Shown: positions 56,843 through 64,000 of the stretch, piece after piece | How the letters are laid out: every line of letters starts with the position of its first letter | How positions within the stretch are numbered: the stretch's first letter is position 1 | Assembly (NCBI GenBank): GCA_965248435.1 | Contig: OZ252100.1 | Coordinates: 3,424,001 to 3,488,000 of the forward strand | DNA length: 64,000 bases | Origin: Candidatus Latescibacterota bacterium | GTDB lineage: Bacteria; Latescibacterota; UBA2968; GCA-2709665 | Direction: 5' to 3' | Notes under the pieces: model-generated | What the model was told of the DNA's origin: nothing | Database searches by the model: none | The model's input: only the letters and a program-made list of their open reading frames with translations | Translations under genes and position numbers: made by a program

Positions 56843-57694
56843 CTACTTCAAGGCCTCTCCAGGGTTCCGGTTCCATTTGAGCGGTTCTGAGTTCCCATCA
56901 TATGCGGGAACGAGAGGCTGAATCAGGGTCCGCGCCTCCTCTGGCCAGGATTTTGACTGGTTACGAGAGGCGATGTCCGACCGAATGCCTTCGGGCAAGG
57001 AGGCGAAGGCCGGGTAGTACCAGAGCGTTATGACCGTCCTTCGCTCATCAGATTGGTTTCCGTGTGAGGCGTGAAGGACTCTGGCATCTCCGACCACCAC
57101 GTCTCCGGATCGGACTGCCACGTCGACCTCGCCGAGCACAGACTGGTAGACGGGGTGGTCAGGTTTCGTCATACGACGGATGTCATCCGTGTGCGCTTCG
57201 GATACCATGTCGTGGGCAGCGTGCCGTTTCAAATGAGATCCAGGGATCACTTTCAGACATCCGTTCAAGGGTCCCGTGTCGACCAGGTAATACATGAAAA
57301 ACAATTGCTGGGCAGGAAGCTCGTAACTCGACGGGTCATCCCACCCCCACCAATCTTGATGCCAGAAAAGGGGAGGGCTGTTCGGCGGTTTGCTGATAAC
57401 GTACCCGGAAGCCCATTTCGGATCCTCGAATCCGAGCGCGTCAAGAACCTTCAGCGCGTTCGGGAATGAGGCCAACTCTGCGAAGAAGGGGTCGTCATAG
57501 ACGCTGATGAGACTCCCTGTGGACAGTTGGTCTCTAAAATGGGTTTCATCCTGCGCATCCAGCAGACGATCGCTCGCTTGCCTCACCCGGCTCAGCATCT
57601 GCCCGTCCAGGATGGTTTCGAATACGCAGAACCCTTCGCGGTCCAGCTGATCCCGTTTAACCTTCAAGTCTCTGCTCACCGCTTTGATAACCAT
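56843..57694 (-). CDS. Phytanoyl-CoA dioxygenase-family Fe(II)/2-oxoglutarate oxygenase
   Basis: WHQD, NGCLKVIPGSH, GDVVV...LHAS..NQS..RR. Confidence 0.9.
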   Translation of the reverse strand: MVIKAVSRDLKVKRDQLDREGFCVFETILDGQMLSRVRQASDRLLDAQDETHFRDQLSTGSLISVYDDPFFAELASFPNALKVLDALGFEDPKWASGYVISKPPNSPPLFWHQDWWGWDDPSSYELPAQQLFFMYYLVDTGPLNGCLKVIPGSHLKRHAAHDMVSEAHTDDIRRMTKPDHPVYQSVLGEVDVAVRSGDVVVGDARVLHASHGNQSDERRTVITLWYYPAFASLPEGIRSDIASRNQSKSWPEEARTLIQPLVPAYDGNSEPLKWNRNPGEALK

Positions 57695-57695
57695 C

Positions 57696-58139
57696 CTACT
57701 CCAAGGTATCCAGGACGGGCCGCGTTCCGGCGCCATATTTGTAGACCAGGTGGCCCCCCGTATAGCCGCTGGCGGACACAAGTCCCGCGACTCCAAGGGC
57801 GAAGAGGAGATAGATCACTCGCGTGGTCCCGGTAAATTGTTTCCTGTGAACAAGGTGCGTGCGGGTCAAGGTGAGGACGATCGCGACCCAAACAACTGCC
57901 GTACCCAGATCCTCGTGTTCGTCCAAGTCTTGGCCCACGCCAGGGATCGCAGCAGCGGCCTCGGCTGCCGACTGGCCGCTTAGGGCGCCGCCGATCGCTC
58001 CGAGGGTACCGAGCAACAGGAGAACATAACCCGTTTTCAACGCTTGTTCCCGCCGGCCCAATATGCCCACGGTATCGCTTAAAGCGCTTAGGATGAGCAG
58101 GGCCAGGGGAAAGTGGACGATGAAGGGGTGAAGATTCAA
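57696..58139 (-). CDS. DUF2231-family membrane protein (possibly heme-binding)
   Basis: LHPFIVHFPLAL, HE, GYTGGHLVYKYGAG; four TM helices. Confidence 0.85.
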   Translation of the reverse strand: MNLHPFIVHFPLALLILSALSDTVGILGRREQALKTGYVLLLLGTLGAIGGALSGQSAAEAAAAIPGVGQDLDEHEDLGTAVVWVAIVLTLTRTHLVHRKQFTGTTRVIYLLFALGVAGLVSASGYTGGHLVYKYGAGTRPVLDTLE

Positions 58140-58146
58140 GCCCTGA

Positions 58147-60402
58147 TCAACCTTCCTGATTCTGTGCGTCGAGCACAGCGATCGCTCCGACATTGACGAT
58201 AGTGTTCACGTCGGTACCTCGCTGAAGGACGTGTACAGACTTTCTCATGCCCATCAGGATGGGTCCGATCGCTTCCGCCCCTCCGAGTTCCCGGAGGAGT
58301 TTGTATGCGATGTTGCCGGATTGGAGGTCGGGAAAGATGAGGACGTTTGCGTCGCCCTGTATCGCAGAAAACGGAAAATCTTCTTGAGAAAGCGCAGGAT
58401 CGAGTGCAGAATCTGCTTGCATTTCGCCGTCGATCCTGAGGTCGGGCGCTCGTTTCCGCACGATTTCGACCGCCCTGCGAACCTGCGCCGAAAGCGGATG
58501 GGGGGAGCTGCCGAAGTTGGAGAAGGAAAGCATCGCAACCCGCGGCTCGATGTCAAGATTCCGGACCAGGCGTGCGCTTTCCAGCGTGATCTCGGCAAGG
58601 ACCTCCGCGTCGGGGGTGATGTTCACCGTCGTGTCCGAAAAGAAATAGGCTCTGTTCTTGATGATCATTATGTAGAGACCGGAAACGTGATTGACATCGT
58701 CGCGGGTGCCAATGATTTGAAGTGCAGGCCGGATCGTATCGGGGTAGTGGTGTGTGAGCCCGGATACGAGGCCATCTGCATCACCCTTGTGGACCATCAT
58801 CGCCCCGAATACGTTGGGGTCAAGAATGAGCTCTTCCGCTTCCTTGAGCGTAACGCCCTTTCTCTGCCTCAGCTTGAATAGCTCCTGGATGTAGCCCTTC
58901 GCGCGGGAAGAGACCTCCGGATCCTCCAGGGCGATGCCGTCCAGGTTGACGCCCAGCTTGTCGGCAACAGAACGGATCTCTGCCTCACGGCCGAGCAGGA
59001 TTGGATGGGCGACACCCTCTTCCTTCAGGATCTTGCACGCCTGCAGGATCTTGTTCTGGGTGCCCTCGGGGAAGACGATTCGACGCGGATCGGTCTTGGC
59101 CTTTTCCACGATCGTTCGTATGACTTCCCGCGAATCCCCCAGCCTCCTTTCGAGCGCGTCTCGGTAGTCGTTCAAGTCGATTTTGATCCTGGCCACTCCG
59201 CTTTCCATCGCAGCCTTGGCCACCGCCGGCGCCACCCATAGGAGGACCCTTTGGTCGAAAGGCTTGGGGATAATGTAGTTCCGACCAAACGAGAGGTTCT
59301 TGAGTCCGTAGGCCCGCAAGACGGCGGGAGGCACTTCTTCCCTCGTGAGGTCCGCTATGGCGTGGACAGCGGCAATCTTCATCTCCTCGTTGATCGTCGA
59401 TGCCCTTACGTCAAGCGCGCCACGAAAGATGAAGGGGAAACCCAGAACGTTGTTGACCTGGTTGGGGAAATCTGACCGTCCCGTGGCGATTATGACGTCA
59501 TCGCGGGCCTGCTGTGCGGTTTCGTAGTCGATTTCAGGATCTGGATTCGCCAGGGCGAAAACGATCGGGGTTGCCGCCATGTCACCCAGCATGTCTGTCG
59601 TCAGCGCCCCCTTTACCGAGAGTCCGATGAACGCGTCGGCGCCCTTGATGGCGTCTGAGAGCGTCCTGGCATCCGTATCTGCGGCAAAAGGCGCCTTGTG
59701 GGGATTCATGCCTTCGGATCGACCCTTGTAGATGACCCCTTTGCTGTCACACATCAGCAGATTTTTGGGATTCAGCCCAAGTGCCACGTGAAGTTTGGCA
59801 CAGGCGATAGCGGCCGCGCCGGCGCCGTTGTAGACGACTCGAAGGTCCTCGATTTTCTTTCCGCTCAACAGCAGCGCATTGAGTAGGGCTGCCGCCGATA
59901 TGATGGCGGTCCCGTGCTGGTCGTCGTGGAATACGGGGATCTGCATCTCTTCACGAAGGCGCTCTTCGATATAGAAACTCTCCGGCGCCTTGATGTCTTC
60001 GAGGTTTATGCCTCCAAAGGAGGGTTCGAGAAGCTTTACAGCACGAATGAATTCGTCGGGATCCTGTGTATCGAGTTCCAGATCAAAGACGTCTATGTCA
60101 GCAAATCGTTTGAAGAGTACACCCTTGCCTTCCATCACGGGCTTGCTGGCAAGCGGGCCGATGTTCCCAAGCCCAAGCACGGCGCTGCCGTTGGTCACGA
60201 CGGCGACAAGGTTTCCTTTTGAGGTGAATTCGTATGCCTTTTCAGGATCTTTGTGGATCTCCATACAGGGTTCTGCGACCCCGGGGGTGTAGGCCAACGA
60301 AAGGTCTCGTTGTGTCGTGAACGGTTTTGTTGCTGTGACCTCGATCTTGCCTGGACGGCCGGATCGGTGATACTCTAGGGCATCTTCTCGATACGATGGC
60401 AT
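58147..60402 (-). CDS. maeB: NADP-dependent malic enzyme with phosphotransacetylase-like domain
   Basis: [56 protein letters not shown]; C-terminal [22 protein letters not shown]. Confidence 0.96.
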   Translation of the reverse strand: MPSYREDALEYHRSGRPGKIEVTATKPFTTQRDLSLAYTPGVAEPCMEIHKDPEKAYEFTSKGNLVAVVTNGSAVLGLGNIGPLASKPVMEGKGVLFKRFADIDVFDLELDTQDPDEFIRAVKLLEPSFGGINLEDIKAPESFYIEERLREEMQIPVFHDDQHGTAIISAAALLNALLLSGKKIEDLRVVYNGAGAAAIACAKLHVALGLNPKNLLMCDSKGVIYKGRSEGMNPHKAPFAADTDARTLSDAIKGADAFIGLSVKGALTTDMLGDMAATPIVFALANPDPEIDYETAQQARDDVIIATGRSDFPNQVNNVLGFPFIFRGALDVRASTINEEMKIAAVHAIADLTREEVPPAVLRAYGLKNLSFGRNYIIPKPFDQRVLLWVAPAVAKAAMESGVARIKIDLNDYRDALERRLGDSREVIRTIVEKAKTDPRRIVFPEGTQNKILQACKILKEEGVAHPILLGREAEIRSVADKLGVNLDGIALEDPEVSSRAKGYIQELFKLRQRKGVTLKEAEELILDPNVFGAMMVHKGDADGLVSGLTHHYPDTIRPALQIIGTRDDVNHVSGLYIMIIKNRAYFFSDTTVNITPDAEVLAEITLESARLVRNLDIEPRVAMLSFSNFGSSPHPLSAQVRRAVEIVRKRAPDLRIDGEMQADSALDPALSQEDFPFSAIQGDANVLIFPDLQSGNIAYKLLRELGGAEAIGPILMGMRKSVHVLQRGTDVNTIVNVGAIAVLDAQNQEG

Positions 60403-60637
60403 GGGTCTAATCCAAGTAAGTGAATGAGACACAAACGGATGGACTTTGTCCGGACAAAATAGTGGGATGAGAATTCGTTGTCAAGGAGGATGCTAGGATA
60501 GAGATTCCACAGCTTCCGCACGGCCAATTTTTTACCTGACAGAGGGGCCTTTTTTTCTTTTCTTGATAGCGTGTCAATGTGTCTGTTCTGGCCCAGGCGG
60601 GCAAAAACAATCCAAGCGTCATTGTCAAGAGGGAGAT

Positions 60638-63442
60638 ATGGAACGAAAACCGAGTCGACTCATCGTCTTCGCTGTCTTGCTGGCCGTACTCATAGGCATC
60701 AACATGCTGGTCTCCTACTATACAGACTGGCTTTGGTTCTTGAGCCTGGACTTTCAGAGTGTATTCTGGAGGATTATTCGGGCAAGAGTCGCCTCTGGAA
60801 TCTTCTTCGGGATTCTGACGCTTATTGTCGTGGGCACCAATCTCTGGGTAGCAGGCCGTTTTACCCGGTTCGCTCTGCGCCTGGGGAATAGTGAGATCCC
60901 GGGGGAGGCTGTACTGAGATCGAAGTCGGGCTACGTACTCGTAGGCGCTGCGATCGTGTTTATCCTGGGCAGTATAGGGGCCAGTCAGTGGGCCACGTGG
61001 CTGAGATTCTGGCATCCAGAGTCGTTCGGGGTCGTGGATCCCATCTTTGGCCGGGACGTCGGATTCTACGTTTTCTCACTTCCGTTCTACCAGTTCGTGT
61101 CGAAGTTTCTGCTCGGGGCGCTAATCGTGTCGGGGTTGTCGGTCGGAATGATTTACGTCACTGCGGGCGGGATCCGGCTTCAGGAGCAGATCGAATTCAT
61201 GCCACGCCCTATTGCCCACCTCTCGGCGCTCGGAGGTCTGTTCCTGCTCGACGTCGCCTGGATCTATCGATTAAAGATCTACGGTCTACTCTATTCACAG
61301 GGACGGGTCGCCTTTGGTGCGGGCTACACCGATGTGAATGTGCAGATCTGGGCCTACTGGTTTCTGGTGTTGATACTCCTCGGCGCGGCCGTCGTATTCT
61401 TCATGAACTTAAAATCGCAGACCGGCCGGCTCCCACTCATAGGCGTCGGTCTGCTTGTGGGCGGGGTGATTGTGGTGGGATCGGTGCCGTCCACGCTGGT
61501 TCAGAAGCTCGTTGTGGAGCCTAGCGAGCTTGAACGAGAAGCGCCTTACATCGAGTACAACATTCGTGCGACCAGGCAGGCTTTCGGAATCGAAGAGATC
61601 GAGGAAAAACCGTTTGAGGCGTCAGATGATCTGGATTGGGAAGATATCGAGGCCAATCCGTTGACGATTCGGAACGCACGCATTTGGGACGAACGCCCGC
61701 TGATCCAGACCTACCAGCAGGTGCAGGAAATCCGGCCGTACTACGCATTTTCCGGCGTTGATGTAGATCGTTATACGATTGATGGCGTCTACAGGCAGGT
61801 GATGCTCTCGGCACGGGAGATGGCTACAGACCGACTGCCTCCTCAAGCTCGTAATTTCGTGAACGAACAGCTGAATTACACTCACGGATATGGGATCGCT
61901 ATGAGCCCGGTGAACCGGGTAACGCCGGAAGGTCTGCCAGACTTCCTAATCCAGGATATTCCTCCCATATCATCAGTGCCGAGCCTGGAGGTGACGAGAC
62001 CCGAGATCTACTACGGAGAGCGAACCTATCCTTACGTCGTGGTCAACACGAGCAAGCCGGAGTTCGACTACCCGGAGGGTGATAAGAATCAATATACAAC
62101 ATACCAGGGGAGCGGAGGGGTGCCGATGGGCGGGTTTTTCGACCGGCTGATGTTCACGATCCGGTTCAAAGACGTGAACCTTCTGTTGAGCAATTACATC
62201 ACGTCCGAGAGTCGCGTTATGTTCCGGCGCCGCGTCGCAGATGAGCGTGCGAAGACGATCGCTCCTTTCCTGTCTTACGACGCAGACCCTTATGTTGTGC
62301 TTTCCGAAGGAAGAATCTTCTGGATTATCGATGCGTATACGACAACCCATATGTATCCGTACTCCACCCGGCAGGGTCGAGGCGGCGTTAATTACATCCG
62401 GAATTCAGTGAAGGTCGTCGTGGATGCCTACAACGGGTCTATTACGTACTATCAAATGGATCAGGAAGATCCCATCATAAAGGCCTATTCGAAGATCTTT
62501 CCGGGCTTCTTCAGGCCCTTCGAGGAGATGTCGGAGGATTTGAAGTCCCATGTTCGATATCCGATGGCCCTGTTCCGGATCCAGGCAGGGGTTTTTCAAA
62601 CCTATCATATGCAGGATGTGCAGGTCTTTTACAATCGGGAGGACCTCTGGGAGGTCCCATACGAGATCTATAGAGATAAAAAGCAGTTGATGGAGCCGTA
62701 CTACGTTATTGTCAGACTTCCGGAAGAGGAACGGGAGGAGTTTCTGCTGATGGTTCCATTTACGCCCTCGAAGAAGGATAACATGATCGCGTGGCTCGCG
62801 GCCCGATCTGACGGGGAAAACTACGGCAATCTGCTGGTATACAAGCTGCCGAAAGACAAACTGATATACGGACCGATGCAGCTGGAGGCGCGCGTCGACC
62901 AGCAGCCGGAGATATCCAGTCAGCTCACCTTGTGGGGTCAGCGAGGCTCGGAAGTGATCCGCGGAAATCTCCTGGCGATTCCGATCGAGCGCTCGTTTCT
63001 TTACATTGAACCGATCTATCTGCAGGCTCGGCAGGAACCTGAGGAGGAGCAATTTCCGGAGGATGGAGAGGAAGGGCCTCGAAGACGACGGATGTCTCAA
63101 ATGATGGAGCGCAGCACGGCGATTCCAGAGTTGAAGCAAGTCATCCTGGCCTTCGGGGGCCAGGTGATTATGCGGCCGACCTTTGACGAGGCCCTGCGAG
63201 ATCTCTTTGGGGTGGAAGGCAGGACTGAGATTTCCAGTGTTTCTTCAGAAGCGGAGGTCGCGCCGACCGGCGGAGTTTCACTGGCAACTGTCGGCGACCT
63301 GGCCGCTCGGGCGGAGGCACAGTATCATCAGGTGAGAAGATCACTACAAGAGTGGGACTGGGCCAAAGCAGGTGAGGTGATGAACGCCCTTGAAAGGACG
63401 ATCACCGACCTTCGAAGACGGTTGCTAGAAGAATCGAATTAG
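60638..63442 (+). CDS. UPF0182-family membrane protein
   Basis: YTDWLWF, FG..DPIFGRDVGFYVFSLP, GAGYTDV, DVDRY, YTHGYG, PEIYYGE, NYIRNSVK, YGPMQ, VIRGNLL. Confidence 0.95.
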   Translation: MERKPSRLIVFAVLLAVLIGINMLVSYYTDWLWFLSLDFQSVFWRIIRARVASGIFFGILTLIVVGTNLWVAGRFTRFALRLGNSEIPGEAVLRSKSGYVLVGAAIVFILGSIGASQWATWLRFWHPESFGVVDPIFGRDVGFYVFSLPFYQFVSKFLLGALIVSGLSVGMIYVTAGGIRLQEQIEFMPRPIAHLSALGGLFLLDVAWIYRLKIYGLLYSQGRVAFGAGYTDVNVQIWAYWFLVLILLGAAVVFFMNLKSQTGRLPLIGVGLLVGGVIVVGSVPSTLVQKLVVEPSELEREAPYIEYNIRATRQAFGIEEIEEKPFEASDDLDWEDIEANPLTIRNARIWDERPLIQTYQQVQEIRPYYAFSGVDVDRYTIDGVYRQVMLSAREMATDRLPPQARNFVNEQLNYTHGYGIAMSPVNRVTPEGLPDFLIQDIPPISSVPSLEVTRPEIYYGERTYPYVVVNTSKPEFDYPEGDKNQYTTYQGSGGVPMGGFFDRLMFTIRFKDVNLLLSNYITSESRVMFRRRVADERAKTIAPFLSYDADPYVVLSEGRIFWIIDAYTTTHMYPYSTRQGRGGVNYIRNSVKVVVDAYNGSITYYQMDQEDPIIKAYSKIFPGFFRPFEEMSEDLKSHVRYPMALFRIQAGVFQTYHMQDVQVFYNREDLWEVPYEIYRDKKQLMEPYYVIVRLPEEEREEFLLMVPFTPSKKDNMIAWLAARSDGENYGNLLVYKLPKDKLIYGPMQLEARVDQQPEISSQLTLWGQRGSEVIRGNLLAIPIERSFLYIEPIYLQARQEPEEEQFPEDGEEGPRRRRMSQMMERSTAIPELKQVILAFGGQVIMRPTFDEALRDLFGVEGRTEISSVSSEAEVAPTGGVSLATVGDLAARAEAQYHQVRRSLQEWDWAKAGEVMNALERTITDLRRRLLEESN

Positions 63443-63474
63443 CAGATCTGGTAGGTAAAACATTGTGCGGTGAC

Positions 63475-63515
63475 GAAAAGCGGGCGCCTGCGAACGAACA
63501 CAGCGCCCGCTTTTC
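63475..63515. terminator. Bidirectional terminator between convergent genes
   Basis: GAAAAGCGGGCGC...GCGCCCGCTTTTC. Confidence 0.8.
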
Positions 63516-63528
63516 ATACAGATCAGGA

Positions 63529-63999
63529 CTATTTGTAAGGTTTCATCTCTCCGGATTTATACCTGTCCCAGTATTCATTCAGCGCGGCCTTGATCTGGGG
63601 GCTCAGAATAACACCGCCGATGATGTTTGGAAAGGCCATGCCAAGGATCATCATGTCGGAGAACCCGAGTACATTCTTCAGCGCGGTGACAGATCCGATG
63701 AAGACGAAGCAGACGAAGATAATGCGATAGATGAGGATGGAGCGTTCTCCAAAGAGGTATTCCCAGGCACGTTCTCCGTAGTAGGACCAGGAGATCATGG
63801 TGGAATAGGCAAACATCATGACTGCAACAGCGAGGACGTAGCGGGATCCGGGAATGAAGGACTCGAACGCTGCCGCCGTCATCTTCGCACCAACGATAAA
63901 CTCGCCGTGGCCTAGAAACTCGGGATGGGTGTAGACGCCTGTAATCATGCAGACAAGTGCGGTCATCAGACAGATAATGATGGTGTCGATAAAGGGGCC
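63529..63999 (-). CDS. Alanine/glycine:cation symporter (AGCS/AlsT family), C-terminal part only
   Basis: GPFIDTIIICLMTAL..ITG, FAYSTMISWSYYGE, MAFPNIIG; 5' end lies beyond the window. Confidence 0.92.
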   Translation of the reverse strand, partial: GPFIDTIIICLMTALVCMITGVYTHPEFLGHGEFIVGAKMTAAAFESFIPGSRYVLAVAVMMFAYSTMISWSYYGERAWEYLFGERSILIYRIIFVCFVFIGSVTALKNVLGFSDMMILGMAFPNIIGGVILSPQIKAALNEYWDRYKSGEMKPYK

Positions 64000-64000
64000 G

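Overview
GC-rich bacterial chromosomal segment with mostly housekeeping and envelope genes and no clear mobile element or CRISPR array. The T9SS/FlgD-type C-terminal domains, cohesin-dockerin modules and UBact operon suggest the FCB group, probably Latescibacterota-like; this is inferred from gene content only. Left to right: a surface-glycosylation and ADP-heptose cluster co-oriented with hisG-D-C-B; a YcgR/PilZ-like protein with a large insertion; phosphodiesterase-uvrC-ogt-xerD; a TPR-Crp-sigma54 activator-DegP-Xaa-Pro peptidase block; ispE-tRNA-Gln-rplY-pth-hppA-rpsF-rpsR-rplI; a formylglycine-generating enzyme; a surface module set (small dockerin protein, fibre-like protein, 1543-aa dockerin+cohesin+CTD protein with a consensus promoter, long leader and 16-bp tandem repeats, and a second CTD protein); a beta-barrel gene and msrP; a complete UBact (Pup-like) proteasome operon arc-dop-ubact-prcB-prcA-pafA; then metabolic genes including maeB, UPF0182 and a partial amino acid symporter. 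Best leads: the UBact-proteasome system, a possible cohesin-dockerin fibre-display system, a fusion of an uncharacterised domain to heptose-1-phosphate adenylyltransferase, the split PilZ protein, a pth gene with no canonical start codon, and a candidate His-rich leader peptide. All family calls come from motif recognition by eye; no database searches were run.
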